Positions 1 to 10,785 of a stretch of 64,000 bases of DNA are shown piece after piece (position 1 is the first letter of the stretch; each line of letters starts with the position of its first letter). The notes beneath the pieces are model-generated. The model searched no databases, had not been told where the DNA came from, and saw only the letters and a list, made by a program, of their open reading frames with translations. This stretch comes from Armatimonadota bacterium (GTDB lineage: Bacteria; Armatimonadota; Fimbriimonadia; Fimbriimonadales; GBS-DC). Made by a program: the position numbers and the translations under genes. Location of the stretch: NCBI GenBank assembly GCA_037444405.1, contig JBBIML010000008.1, forward strand, positions 4,225 through 68,224. The letters are read 5' to 3'.

Positions 1-1
1 G

Positions 2-274
2 CTTATGAAACGCTTTCGAAAGCAACCTGAGCAAATATATGTTGAACTGGCTCGCCATCGCATTAGACTTCAACAATATGGCATACAAGCCAAAGATTTC
101 TATCCCTCCGAGGTCATGATCAGCACACGCATATTGGCGCATTATAAAGTTATCATCAACTATCCAGAGAGATGGATTGCTCTGGAACCAATATCGCAGC
201 CAAACGAATCATTAGAAGTTCCAATTAAGCCAAACTCTAATGATGATGGTTGCGGAGCATGCTGCAAGAATTAA
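2..274 (+). CDS. 3' part of a gene entering from outside the window; possibly a retropepsin-like aspartyl protease domain or the partner gene of an upstream Rhs tip
   Basis: Frame is open from the window edge to TAA 272-274. STRILAHYKVIINYPERWIALE resembles the end of retropepsin-like domains. AT-rich. Confidence 0.35.
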   Translation, partial: LMKRFRKQPEQIYVELARHRIRLQQYGIQAKDFYPSEVMISTRILAHYKVIINYPERWIALEPISQPNESLEVPIKPNSNDDGCGACCKN

Positions 275-1741
275 CGGGATGGCTTTGGGCGATTGTGGCG
301 GGTGCGGTATGGCAATGGCACGGTGGTGGAGTATGGGTATGATGGGGCGGATCGGGTGCGGAGCGAGACCTACCAGGTGGGCAGCACGCCCTATCGGGCA
401 GTGGCGTATGAGCGGGATGGGTTAGGGCGGCTCTGGCGCAAGCACGAATATGTGTGGCAGGGGAGCCGTCGGCAGTGGCAGGCGACGGTGGAGTATACTT
501 ACGACCATCAGGGTCAGCTGGTTGGGGAGGCGCGGACGGGTCAGAACGCTTATACGATAGCGTATGGGTATGACAAGGTGGGCAACCGATTGGCGCGCAC
601 GCGCACAGTGAACGGGCAGAGTTTCACGGATGCGCTGGTGTATAACGAGGCGAACCAGTTGGTGTCGTGGAATGGTCAGAGTTGGGAGTATGATTTGGAT
701 GGGAATGTGGTGGTTCGTCGGGTGTTGCGGGCGGATAATCAGGTGGAGGAGTGGCAGTTGGGTTATGATGCGGAGGGGAACCTGGTGAGTTTACAGAAGC
801 AGGGTGATGTGGGTTGGGTGTATGAGTATGATGGTTTGGGTCGTCGGGTGCGTTCGGTGCGTGGCACGCTGGAGGTGGCGTATCTCTATTCAGGAGATGC
901 GCTTGTTGCCGAGCGAGTGAATGGGGAGTGGGTATATTATGGGTACGGTGGTGCGATGTACGCCCAATCGTCTGGCACAGGGATAGAGTATAAACACTGG
1001 TCTTGGCGTGGGGACCTGATGGCGAAGTCGGGCGCCAGTGGAGGGTACTTGCCTGCGCCTCTTACCGATGCGTTTGGCGACACGGTAAGCGGCGTGCGGG
1101 AGGCTTACGACTGGAACGGGGCGTGGGGTTATCGGAACGAGGCGTTCACAGGCGGGTTGCAGAAGGTGGGCGTGCGCTGGTATGACCCTGCGGTAGGGCG
1201 GTTTTTGCAGCTGGATCCGTGGTTGGGGTCTATCTATGCGCCGAGAACGCTGAACGGGTATGGGTATTGCGTGAATGACCCTGTGCAGTGTGTGGATCCG
1301 AGTGGAAAACAGCCGGGCGTCAGGTATAAATCGGCAGATCAAGCCGCTAAGGAAGCCATAAGGAACTCCGCTGGATATTCAAACGCTGCAGGACGTGAAG
1401 TTGGAGGGTGGATATATCGAAACCCTGACGGTACATATTCGTATGATATGACATATGGAACAGTGAACGAGGTAGATCTTGGCACTCCAGAGCCACCTAA
1501 GGGTGGTAATCTAGCCGGTAGCTGGCATGTACATCCATATGACCCGCGATATGAGGGTGAAATCTTTTCCCCTGCTGATAAAGCAAGCGACAATCAGTGG
1601 TTTACGGCATGTATTTTGGCAGGTATTTTGTTCGGTAATGTTTACCTTTACGAAGGAGGATATTTGGGTACTCCTTCAGGGGTAATAAAGAAGTACGATC
1701 CTTCAACTGGCAAGGAGACAAATATAGGGCGATGGAGATGA
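275..1741 (+). pseudogene. Orphan Rhs module 1: YD repeats, Rhs-associated core and a C-terminal JAB/DUF4329-like toxin domain (1307-1741)
   Basis: Many YD/YDxxGR repeats, then the core [15 protein letters not shown]...[10 protein letters not shown]. The tip has REVGGWIY...WHVHP...FSPAD. Rhs-like codons (RDGFGRLW) begin at 275, right after the upstream stop, with no ATG or clear RBS. Confidence 0.88.
1091..1236 (+). repeat. 146-bp perfect direct repeat in the Rhs core (second copy 2797-2942)
   Basis: Base-by-base comparison from ggcgtgcgggagg to ggggtctatcta. A more diverged third copy lies near 4530-4650. Confidence 0.9.
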
Positions 1742-2652
1742 AGAACATGAAAAGGCAGCTACCTAAAGTTGCAGTAAGAACAATATGGCGGAGCGAGATA
1801 GGTGAGAAGCCTTTTCAGTTCTCTCCTAATTTTTGGAGCATGAAAGATGGTCCGGGAAACTGCTTTATTGGCTGCCCACCCCATCTGCTTTTCTTTGCGA
1901 ATAATTCCCAGCCAAACCAAGCATATTTGATAAAAGTAAATCTTCGTAATCAAAAGCCATCGGTGATATATCAGACAGAAGGGTATATCGAAGGTGTTAC
2001 CTTTAATTTGAAAGCACAAAAGCTTCTGCTCATTACATCGAATAGGTTGACCGACGAAGGAAATCTCATCATCCTTACCCCAGAGGGTCGTCTTTTGTAT
2101 TGGGTAGCTATCGGTGAACGAATCGAAGGGCGCACAATACTTAGGGTGCCTGCTGCACCACCGCTTTGGGTACGGCTGTTGGATAACCTAACCCTGTTGG
2201 TTTACTCCTATGGCGGGAGGGATAGCTTATTTGCCTTCTCGTTGCAGGGACATCTCAAGCGAGAGTGGCAGGGAGTAACGGGGGTCGCCTTTGACCAAGA
2301 GAAAAAACGGCTCTATGTGAGTGGTCAGGTGAGCGGAACAGGGATCCATCTGGTAAGGCTGCCAAAAGATATGAAAAGTTCTACTTGGCGTTTGGTAGGT
2401 GCGGATCAGCACACACACTTTTACTGGTATCGGGGAACAGATAGCCATACGTGGTTGGCGTGTACGGATAGTCACCAGGCACGCTGGATTATTCCTTTTA
2501 GCGGTGCAGGTGGGGTTTTGGAGAAGTCGGGGCTTTCGCTAAGTTTTGGCTTGGGATGGGGAGGTGATCTGCTAGAAGTGTTTCCCGACGGGCGGATATG
2601 GTTTTCTAGTGCTTTGCTAGGCGTTTACGAGCTTAGGGTGCTGGATAGATAG
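1738..2652 (+). CDS. Putative immunity/partner protein 1 (~300 aa, beta-propeller-like, no signal peptide)
   Basis: ATGA overlap with the toxin stop at 1738-1741. Paralog of 3446-4366. Rich in short beta-strand motifs (GVAFD, RLYVSG). Confidence 0.65.
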   Translation: MKNMKRQLPKVAVRTIWRSEIGEKPFQFSPNFWSMKDGPGNCFIGCPPHLLFFANNSQPNQAYLIKVNLRNQKPSVIYQTEGYIEGVTFNLKAQKLLLITSNRLTDEGNLIILTPEGRLLYWVAIGERIEGRTILRVPAAPPLWVRLLDNLTLLVYSYGGRDSLFAFSLQGHLKREWQGVTGVAFDQEKKRLYVSGQVSGTGIHLVRLPKDMKSSTWRLVGADQHTHFYWYRGTDSHTWLACTDSHQARWIIPFSGAGGVLEKSGLSLSFGLGWGGDLLEVFPDGRIWFSSALLGVYELRVLDR

Positions 2653-2661
2653 GGTGCGGCG

Positions 2662-3438
2662 ATGTATCAGCAGGTAGCAGATAGTCAGGTGGAGTATAGG
2701 CACTGGAGCTGGCGGGGGGACTTAGCTGCGAAGTCCACTACCAGCGGCGCGTATCAGCCTGCGCCCGTCACGGATGCGTTTGGCGACACGGTCAGTGGCG
2801 TGCGGGAGGCTTACGACTGGAACGGGGCGTGGGGTTATCGGAACGAGGCGTTCACAGGCGGGTTGCAGAAGGTGGGCGTGCGCTGGTATGACCCTGCGGT
2901 AGGGCGGTTTTTGCAGCTGGATCCGTGGTTGGGGTCTATCTACCAGCCGCTGACGCTGAATGGGTATGGGTACTGTGTGAATGATCCTGTTCAGCTGGTG
3001 GATCCGAGTGGATATATCCCTGGAGTCAAATATAGATCAGCCGACGAAGCCGCCGCAAAAGCAATTCGTGATGCGGGAGGCTTCTCTGATGCCGCAAAAC
3101 GAGAGGTGGGAGGATGGATCTATCGAAATCCAGATGGTACATACTCGCATGATATCATCATGGGTGAGAAGACAAGTATACCGAGAGAAAGGATTCCGAA
3201 TCCGCCACCGGGAGCTGTCGGTTTTTGGCACACGCATCCTTATGTGCCGGGATATGACGGAGAGAATTTTTCGAATGTGGGGGGCGATAAAGACTTCGCC
3301 CGAGAGTGCCGTAGCAGGCTTTCGTCCTTTGGTGGGATCTATGTAGGCACTCCTTCGGGAATCATAAAGAAGTTCGACCCCTCTTCTGGAAATGAAACAG
3401 TTATTGGGCGCTGGAGATATGACGGTCCTTGGTTGTGA
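2662..3438 (+). CDS. Orphan Rhs module 2: core plus a second JAB/DUF4329-like toxin tip (3013-3438)
   Basis: Core almost identical to module 1, DPSG motif present, tip has REVGGWIY...WHTHP...FS. Confidence 0.85.
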   Translation: MYQQVADSQVEYRHWSWRGDLAAKSTTSGAYQPAPVTDAFGDTVSGVREAYDWNGAWGYRNEAFTGGLQKVGVRWYDPAVGRFLQLDPWLGSIYQPLTLNGYGYCVNDPVQLVDPSGYIPGVKYRSADEAAAKAIRDAGGFSDAAKREVGGWIYRNPDGTYSHDIIMGEKTSIPRERIPNPPPGAVGFWHTHPYVPGYDGENFSNVGGDKDFARECRSRLSSFGGIYVGTPSGIIKKFDPSSGNETVIGRWRYDGPWL

Positions 3439-3445
3439 GGGAATC

Positions 3446-4366
3446 ATGTCAGAGAAGCAGCCGAAAACGGTTATACGAACCGTTTGGCAAGGAGAAGCGG
3501 GGAGGATGTCTCACCGTGTTTATATAGAGATCGACGGTGTGGGTACCTGCTTCACAGCGATTCGGAACACTCTTTACTTCGCCACCCGTTCCCTGCGCCC
3601 TGAACAGGCATACCTACTAAAAATTGACTTGTCGACTCAAAAAACATCGGTTATCTACCAGACAAACGGCTCCATTAGAGGTGTCACTCATGGAAGTGCG
3701 TCGAAACTTCTGCTGATAGTTTCCCATGAGTCAGGCGACAGGCTTGTGATACTTTCTCCAGAGGGGCGTCGTTTGCAAGAGACGGCTATTGGGGAGCGAA
3801 GAGAAGGGAGCAAAGCCCTGTGGGTTCCCGCCGCGCCACCGCTCTGGATGCGATGGCTGGATGAACAGACCTTGCTGGTTTATTCCTATGGTGGTCGGGG
3901 TGACCTGCTTGCTTTTTCGCTGCAGGGGCAGCTCAAGCGGAAATGGCAGGGGGTAACAGGGGTTGCTTTTGATTCTGAAAAAAGGCGGCTCTATGTGAGT
4001 GGGGAAGTGAGCGGCTCAAGCTTTCAGAAAGTGAAACCGCCGAAAGATATGAAAAGCCCTGCATGGCGTTTGGTAGGTGTGGACAGTCAAACACACTTTT
4101 ACTGGTATCGGCAATCAGAAAGTCTCCGCTCGTGGTTGGCGTGTGCAGATAGTCATCAGACCCGATGGATAATTCCCCTTAGTGGGTCGGGTGGGGTGCT
4201 GGAGCGGTTTGATTCGTCGCTAAGTTTCGGTTTGGGGTGGGGAGGAGATACGCTGGAAGTGTTTCCAGACGGGCGAATATGGTTGTCTGCCGCTCGCAGC
4301 TTGGATACTGAAGAGATGTTTGTGCGGCAGCCCGGGGTGTATGAGCTGAGAATATTGGACAAGTAG
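3446..4366 (+). CDS. Putative immunity/partner protein 2
   Basis: ATG 7 nt after the toxin stop with GAGGGA upstream. Shares blocks with partner 1 ([41 protein letters not shown]). Confidence 0.65.
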   Translation: MSEKQPKTVIRTVWQGEAGRMSHRVYIEIDGVGTCFTAIRNTLYFATRSLRPEQAYLLKIDLSTQKTSVIYQTNGSIRGVTHGSASKLLLIVSHESGDRLVILSPEGRRLQETAIGERREGSKALWVPAAPPLWMRWLDEQTLLVYSYGGRGDLLAFSLQGQLKRKWQGVTGVAFDSEKRRLYVSGEVSGSSFQKVKPPKDMKSPAWRLVGVDSQTHFYWYRQSESLRSWLACADSHQTRWIIPLSGSGGVLERFDSSLSFGLGWGGDTLEVFPDGRIWLSAARSLDTEEMFVRQPGVYELRILDK

Positions 4367-4375
4367 AATGCAGCG

Positions 4376-4897
4376 ATGTACCAGCAGGTCAGCAGCACAG
4401 GAACCGAGTATCAGCACTGGAGCTGGCGGGGGTATCTGATGGCGAAGCCCACTGCCAGTGGCGCGTACCTGCCTGCGCCTCTCACGGACGCCTTTGGCGA
4501 TACCGCGAACGGCGCACGGGAGACTAATGACCGGAATGGCGCGTGGGGTTATCGGAACGAGGCGCTCACGGGCGGTTTGCAGAAGGTAGGCGTGCGCTGG
4601 TACGACCCTGCGGTAGGGCGGTTTTTGCAGGTAGATCCGTGGCTGGGGTCGCTTTATGCGCCCCTGACGCTGAATGGGTATGGGTATTGTGTGAATGACC
4701 CCATTCAGATGGTTGATGCAACAGGCGGGATCCCACTAATTGTCGCAATAGGGATTGGCATCATAGCAGGATTGGTTATAGACGAAATCTTAGAGCGAGT
4801 AGGAGGAAACGTGCTGCCCGAGGGTAAGCCAGGAGCTCCTCACGGGATAGGTGGAGCAGCAGCTGTCTTGCGCAAAATCCAGACGATGGGATTTTGA
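4376..4897 (+). pseudogene. Orphan Rhs module 3, degenerate: core plus a short hydrophobic tip, no partner gene
   Basis: Core carries substitutions (TNDRNG for AYDWNG; DATG for DPSG). Stops 56 codons after the core. Confidence 0.7.
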
Positions 4898-4976
4898 TTG
4901 TAGAGGATCCATATTCATCACCTTCGGATCTCTGGCTTCAGCGTTATTATCCTCCAGCAGGTATGATTATACTGCG

Positions 4977-6641
4977 ATGAGAAGGGGACTGGTCGGATGT
5001 GGGATTGCCCTGGGCGTGCTGTTGATCGCCGGGGGTCTTTTTTGGGCGCTGCGTGGCGCAGGCGCCCGCACCAGCAACCCTGGCGAGCGCATCTACACCG
5101 TTCGGCGCGGCACCATCACCGTCGATGTTACCGAGTCGGGCGCGATAGAGCCAGTGCGCACGGTGGAGATTAAATCGCGCGTGTCGGGTCGGCTGGCGGC
5201 GCTGCTGGTAGACGAGGGCGCGCGCGTGCGGGCGGGGCAACTGCTGGCGCGAATCGACCCGCGTGAGGTGCAACAGCAGGTGGAGCAGGGCAGTGCGCAG
5301 GTCGAATCGGCGCGACTCAGCACCGCGCAGGCACAACTCGCGCTCCAGATGCAGGCGAAAGAGGCTCGCCTCGCCGTGCGTCAGGCGCAGCTGCGCGTGG
5401 AGCAGATGGAGCGCGAGCTGAAAGCGCAGCCCGCGCTCACGCAGGCAGCCCTCCGTGCCGCCGAAGCCGCCTATCAGAGCGCACAGGAGAACCTTCGCAT
5501 GCTGGAGCAGGTGAAGCACCCACAGGAGCGCATCGAGGTGGCGAACGCCGTGCGCGACGCCGAAGCCCGCCTGCAGGAAGCCCAGCGCAACTATGAGCGT
5601 GTCCAATCCCTGCACGAGAAGGGCTATGTGTCGCGTCAACAGTTCGATGCGGCACAAACCGCGCTCACGCTCGCCCAGAGCCAGCTCCAGTCGGCGCGCC
5701 AGCGCCAGCAGCAGTTAGCCGAGCAGCAGCGCATCGAACTCGAAACGGCGCGGGCGAGCCTGAAGTCGGCGCAGGCGGAGCTGGAACGCGCCCACGCCAG
5801 CGCTGTTCAGGACGAGATCAAGCGCAAAGCCTATGAAGCCGCGCTCGCTGAACTCGAATCGGCACGCAATCGCCTGCAGGAGATCGAAATGCGCCAGCTG
5901 GAACTCAAGCGGGCGCAGGCTGCCGAGAAGCAGGCGAGCAGCCAGCTGCGCAACTGGCTCATCCAGCTTGCCGAGACCGATGTGCGCAGCCCCATCGATG
6001 GCATTGTTACGCGCCGCTATCGCGAGGTGGGCGAGCTGGTGATGTCGGGCACAACGGGCTTCGGCGAGGGCACGCCCATCCTGCAAATCGCCGACCTGTC
6101 GCAGATGCGCGTGCGACTGAACCTGAACGAGCTGGATGTGGCGAAAGTGCGCGTCGGCATGCGGGCGGAGGTGCGAGTGGACGCATTGCCGGAGCGCGTT
6201 TTTCGGGGACTGGTGAAGCGCATCGCGCCTGCCGCCCAGCAACTGGCGAACAGCAGCCCGCTCGGCTCCACGCTGGGCGTGGTCAAGTTCGCCGTGGAGG
6301 TCTACCTTCAGCAGAGCGACCCGTCGCTGCGACCGGGCATGACCGCCCGCTGTCGGATTATCACCGCCTCGCGCGAGAACGCGCTCATACTGCCCCTCGA
6401 AGCGCTGGGCAGGGAGGGCGACCGCTACTATGTGCTGAAGCTCAACCCTGCCGTGCGCGACGCGCAGGGCAAGCCGAAGCGCGAGAAGGTGTTCGTGCAG
6501 GTCGGACTGCGCGACACCCGCCACGCCGAGATTCTCAGCGGGCTGAACGAGGGCGATCAGGTGGTCAAGCCGCCCTTCGCGGGTCCTGCCCGACGCCAGT
6601 TTGAACTGGAAGAGAGGCGACGGGAGGAGCGAGACCGATGA
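4977..6641 (+). CDS. Periplasmic adaptor / membrane fusion protein (HlyD/MacA-like) with a long coiled coil
   Basis: N-terminal TM, VEIKSRVSGRL...V.EG..V..GQLLA, VRSPIDGIV, LRPGMTA. Start moved to ATG 4977. Confidence 0.9.
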   Translation: MRRGLVGCGIALGVLLIAGGLFWALRGAGARTSNPGERIYTVRRGTITVDVTESGAIEPVRTVEIKSRVSGRLAALLVDEGARVRAGQLLARIDPREVQQQVEQGSAQVESARLSTAQAQLALQMQAKEARLAVRQAQLRVEQMERELKAQPALTQAALRAAEAAYQSAQENLRMLEQVKHPQERIEVANAVRDAEARLQEAQRNYERVQSLHEKGYVSRQQFDAAQTALTLAQSQLQSARQRQQQLAEQQRIELETARASLKSAQAELERAHASAVQDEIKRKAYEAALAELESARNRLQEIEMRQLELKRAQAAEKQASSQLRNWLIQLAETDVRSPIDGIVTRRYREVGELVMSGTTGFGEGTPILQIADLSQMRVRLNLNELDVAKVRVGMRAEVRVDALPERVFRGLVKRIAPAAQQLANSSPLGSTLGVVKFAVEVYLQQSDPSLRPGMTARCRIITASRENALILPLEALGREGDRYYVLKLNPAVRDAQGKPKREKVFVQVGLRDTRHAEILSGLNEGDQVVKPPFAGPARRQFELEERRREERDR

Positions 6642-7870
6642 CAGGGCTGCTCGAAGCCGTTCGGGTCGCGCTGGACACCCTGCGCGCCCATAAACTGCGC
6701 TCGTTCCTGACGATGCTGGGCGTGATTATCGGCGTGATGGCGGTCGTGGTGATGGTCGCGCTGATTGAGGGCGCCCGCGCCAGCGTCGTCGAGGAGTTCG
6801 AAAAGCTCGGCTCCGATGTGATTATCGTGGCGTATGACCCCAGCGAGCGGTTGCGCCGCGAGGAGCGCGGCGGCACGGTCGAAGGGCTGAGCCTGGAGGA
6901 CTTCGAAGCCATTCGCGCCCTGCCCGAGCTGCGAATCGTCGCCGCCGAGCGCAGTATGGGCGAGAAGGAGATCCTCTATCAGGGTCAGCGCGTGCGCGCC
7001 TCCGTGTTGGGCATCAGCGACGGCTATCTGACCGTGCGCGCCCTCACCATCGAGCGGGGACGCTTCTTCGAACCGCGCGAGCTCGAATCGGGCGAAAAAG
7101 TGGCATTGCTGGGCTACGAAACCGCCCAGAATCTCTTCGGCAAGAGCGACCCCATCGGGCAGGATGTTCTGCTGGACGGCACGCAGGTGCGCGTGATTGG
7201 CGTGCTGGCGAAGCGCGGCAGCACCTTCGGCGAGAATCAGGACACGCGCGTCTATCTGCCGCTCTATGCCGCCCTGCGCCGCTGGACCGGCGATGAGACC
7301 CTCTCCGTGATTCTCGCGATGCCGCACTCGCGCGAGCAGACCCCGACGGCGATGGACGCCATCTGGGAGACGCTCATGCGCCTGCACAACAACCAGCCTG
7401 ACTTCCGCGTGGACACGCTGGAGACCATCGTGCAGGCGATTTCGCGCGTGCTTTCGCTGTTCGGTGTGCTGCTGGGCGGTATTGCGGGGCTGGCGCTGCT
7501 GGTGGGCGGCATCGGCATCATGAACATCATGCTGGTGTCAGTGACGGAGCGCACGCGCGAAATTGGCTTGCGCAAGGCGGTCGGCGCGCGCAAGGGGCAG
7601 ATTCTGCTCCAGTTTCTGATTGAATCGGCGACGCTGGCGACGATTGGCGGGCTGATTGGCATGGCGCTGGGCTGGGGCCTCGGCGAGAGCATCGAGTGGC
7701 TCACGAAGCGGTCGGAGGCTTTTGGCGATAACGGGCTGCGTTTCTACTTCCCGCTGTGGGCCGCTGTAGGCGCGTCGCTGTTCTCGGCAGCCGTCGGCGT
7801 GCTGTTCGGCATCTATCCCGCCTGGCGCGCCGCCAATATGGACCCCATCGTCGCCCTGCGCTACGAATAA
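6638..7870 (+). CDS. ABC transporter permease (MacB/FtsX family), no NBD
   Basis: RSFLTMLGVIIGV, LLVGGIGIMNIMLVSVTERTREIGLRKAVGA, GIYPAWRAANMDPIVALRYE. Confidence 0.93.
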   Translation: MTGLLEAVRVALDTLRAHKLRSFLTMLGVIIGVMAVVVMVALIEGARASVVEEFEKLGSDVIIVAYDPSERLRREERGGTVEGLSLEDFEAIRALPELRIVAAERSMGEKEILYQGQRVRASVLGISDGYLTVRALTIERGRFFEPRELESGEKVALLGYETAQNLFGKSDPIGQDVLLDGTQVRVIGVLAKRGSTFGENQDTRVYLPLYAALRRWTGDETLSVILAMPHSREQTPTAMDAIWETLMRLHNNQPDFRVDTLETIVQAISRVLSLFGVLLGGIAGLALLVGGIGIMNIMLVSVTERTREIGLRKAVGARKGQILLQFLIESATLATIGGLIGMALGWGLGESIEWLTKRSEAFGDNGLRFYFPLWAAVGASLFSAAVGVLFGIYPAWRAANMDPIVALRYE

Positions 7871-7873
7871 GGG

Positions 7874-8749
7874 CTACCAGCGTACCTGCAGCCGATTGCG
7901 CAGGTAGATAGCCAGCGCGTTCATCGTCAGCAGCAGCGTTAGCAGCACGATAATGCCCGCCGCAGCGTTCTGATGGAAGCCGACCTGCGGACGCGAAATC
8001 CAGTCGTAAATCTGCACGGGCAGGGTGGTGAAGGGCGAGAAGAGGCTATCGGGCAGTCGGGGCAGGAACACGAACGCGCCCAGCACCAGCAGCGGCGCGG
8101 TCTCACCCACCACACGCGAGAGCGAGAGGACAACCCCCGTCAGGATGGTGGGCATCGCGACGGGCAGCACGGCATGCCGCACGGTCTGCCACTGCGTGGC
8201 GCCGAGCGCGAGCGAGCCTTCGCGCAGACTGCGCGGCACCGCGCGCAAGCCCTCCCGCGCCGCCGTGATAATCACGGGCAACGCCAGCAGCGCCATCGTG
8301 CATGCGCCCGCCAGCAAACTGTTTCCCATCATCAGCGTCCGCACAAACACCTGCAAGCCCAGCATCCCGTAGATAATCGATGGCACGCCCGCCAGATTGG
8401 TGATGTTGATATCGATCAGGCGGATGAACCAGTTGCGCTGCGCGAACTCCTCCAGATAGATGGCGGCGCCCACGCCCACCGGCACCGCAATCGCCGCGGT
8501 CAGTAGCATAAGATAGAAGCTGCCCACCAGCGCCACCTTGACGCCCGCGTTTTCGGGGATGCGCGAGGAAAAGGAGGTGAGGAAGCCGATGTTCAGGCGG
8601 GCATAGCCGTCCAGCAGAATCTTGAGGATCAGCACGGTGAGCGCGGTTAATGCGAACAGCACCATCGTGGAGGCAATCAGCAGAAAGAGCATCTCACGCC
8701 TCCGCTCGCGCGCCCGCCAGTGCGCCGGCGAGGAAATCACCAGGCTCAT
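7874..8749 (-). CDS. pstA: Phosphate ABC transporter permease PstA
   Basis: [37 protein letters not shown]. Confidence 0.93.
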   Translation of the reverse strand: MSLVISSPAHWRARERRREMLFLLIASTMVLFALTALTVLILKILLDGYARLNIGFLTSFSSRIPENAGVKVALVGSFYLMLLTAAIAVPVGVGAAIYLEEFAQRNWFIRLIDINITNLAGVPSIIYGMLGLQVFVRTLMMGNSLLAGACTMALLALPVIITAAREGLRAVPRSLREGSLALGATQWQTVRHAVLPVAMPTILTGVVLSLSRVVGETAPLLVLGAFVFLPRLPDSLFSPFTTLPVQIYDWISRPQVGFHQNAAAGIIVLLTLLLTMNALAIYLRNRLQVRW

Positions 8750-9708
8750 AGTTGCGCCTCCTTATAACGCGCCCGAAACGCCTCGCTCACCAGGTTCAGA
8801 GCGAGCGTGATGAGAAAGAGCAGCAGCCCCACCGCGAAGATGGTGCGATACTCCAGCGTGCCGTGCGGGACATCGCCCATCGCAATCTGCACGATGTAGG
8901 CGGTCATCGTCTGCACCGCCTGCAGAGGGTTGAAGGTGAAGTTCGGCTGTTGCCCTGCGGCGATGACGACGATCATCGTTTCGCCCACCGCGCGGGAGAG
9001 ACCCAGCAGGAACGAGGCAGAGATTCCCGACATCGCGGCGGGCACCACCACGCCCCAGGTGGTCTGCAGGTGCGTCGCGCCCAGCGCCAGCGAGGCGTAC
9101 CGCAGGCTGTTCGGCACCGCATAGAGGGCGTCCTCACTCAGCGAGGCGACCGTCGGTAAAATCATGAGTCCCATCACCAGCCCCGCCGAGAGCACATTGA
9201 AGCCCTCCAGCCCGGGAATGAACCGTTGCAGGAATGGCGTGACGAAGGTGAGCGCGAAGTAGCCGTACACGACCGTCGGAATGCCCGCCAGCACCTCCAG
9301 CATGGGTTTGACCACTCTGCGCACGCGCGGCGAGGCATATTCGCTCAGATAGACCGCCACAATCAGCCCCATTGGCGCCGCCACGCCCAGCGCAATCGCG
9401 GTGGTGAGCAGTGTGCCCATCACCAGCGGCAGCACCCCGAAAGCAGGCGGTTCGAACAGCGGCGCCCAGCGTGTGCCCGTCAGAAACTCCCGCAGCGAGA
9501 CCCCCCTGAAAAAGCCCAGACTCTCCGTCAGCAGGATCAGCACGATGGCGGCAGTGGTCAGAATGCCCACTATCGCGCACAGGAACAGGAAGACGCGCAC
9601 GAAGAACTCCCGAACGCGCACTCGCCAGCGCAGGCGGCGAGCGGACGGGAAGGCGACCACCGCCCTTTGACCGGTATCCGTTTCAGGGAGCGAAGCCTTA
9701 CTGCCCAC
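8746..9708 (-). CDS. pstC: Phosphate ABC transporter permease PstC
   Basis: [29 protein letters not shown]. Confidence 0.93.
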   Translation of the reverse strand: MGSKASLPETDTGQRAVVAFPSARRLRWRVRVREFFVRVFLFLCAIVGILTTAAIVLILLTESLGFFRGVSLREFLTGTRWAPLFEPPAFGVLPLVMGTLLTTAIALGVAAPMGLIVAVYLSEYASPRVRRVVKPMLEVLAGIPTVVYGYFALTFVTPFLQRFIPGLEGFNVLSAGLVMGLMILPTVASLSEDALYAVPNSLRYASLALGATHLQTTWGVVVPAAMSGISASFLLGLSRAVGETMIVVIAAGQQPNFTFNPLQAVQTMTAYIVQIAMGDVPHGTLEYRTIFAVGLLLFLITLALNLVSEAFRARYKEAQL

Positions 9709-10759
9709 CCTTTTCCGTCGCCTCCTCGATTCGGTAGAGGTCTTCCAGCTTCACGCCCACCTGCGAGCCTCTGGCGCCGAACGCCGAGCCGGTGACGCGC
9801 CGCTCCAGTCGCTGTTTCGCCAGCTCGTACACCTTCGGCGGCAGGGGCACATAGCCCACCTCTTTCGCCAGCCTGCCCGCGTTCTCAATATAGAACTCCA
9901 CGAAGGCGCGCACCTGCGGCTTCTCCAGCGATTTCACATTCACATAGATGAAGATGGGGCGTGAGAGTGGCTGATAGGTGCCATCCAGAACCGTCTGCTC
10001 GCTGGGCAGGATGGGTCCGTCGCCGTTCGCCGGGTTCTCGTCGTCAATCGCGACCACTTTGAGTCGCTCCCTGTTCTGCAGGTAATATGCCAGCCCGAAG
10101 TAGCCCAGTGCGTTCTCGTTGGTGGCGATGCCCTGCACCAGCGTGTTGTCGTCCTCGCTGGAGTTGTAGTCGCTGCGGCTGCTGTGTTCCTTGCCCACAA
10201 TCGCAGCGGTGAAGTAGTCGAAGGTGCCCGAATCGACACCCGCCCCGTACAGCACGAGCGGGCGGTCCGGGAAGCCAGGGCGAACCTGCAACCAGCGTTG
10301 GATTTTGCCCGTCGCTTCGGGCGACCAGATCTTGCGCAGCTCGCTCACCGTGAGGTAGTCGCACCAGGTGTTTTTCGGGTTCACCACCACCGCCAGCGCG
10401 TCATAGGCGACGGGGATTTCGATATACTCGATGCCGTTCTTTCGGCAGGCTTCGTCTTCAACGGGGCGAATGGGGCGCGAGGCGCCTGTGATGTCGATCT
10501 CGCCGTTGGCGAACTTTTTGAAGCCGCCGCCCGTGCCCGACTTGCGGACAGCAGGCGTCGTGCTGGGGTGCAGCTTCTGGAACTCTTCGGCAACGGCTTC
10601 CGAGAGTGGCAGCACGGTGCTGGAGCCGTCAACGATAATCGTGCCGCTGAGACCGTCCGCGCCGCCTGATACTGCCGAGCCGTTCGTCGCCTGGCGCTGG
10701 CAACCTGCCATCAGCCCCGCCAGCGCAATCACCACGCCCAGAATCGTCCAGCGCTTCAT
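9698..10759 (-). CDS. pstS: Phosphate-binding lipoprotein PstS
   Basis: Lipobox [42 protein letters not shown]. Confidence 0.93.
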   Translation of the reverse strand: MKRWTILGVVIALAGLMAGCQRQATNGSAVSGGADGLSGTIIVDGSSTVLPLSEAVAEEFQKLHPSTTPAVRKSGTGGGFKKFANGEIDITGASRPIRPVEDEACRKNGIEYIEIPVAYDALAVVVNPKNTWCDYLTVSELRKIWSPEATGKIQRWLQVRPGFPDRPLVLYGAGVDSGTFDYFTAAIVGKEHSSRSDYNSSEDDNTLVQGIATNENALGYFGLAYYLQNRERLKVVAIDDENPANGDGPILPSEQTVLDGTYQPLSRPIFIYVNVKSLEKPQVRAFVEFYIENAGRLAKEVGYVPLPPKVYELAKQRLERRVTGSAFGARGSQVGVKLEDLYRIEEATEKGGQ

Positions 10760-10785
10760 AGCACTTTGAGCCTACCCCTTGCCCT

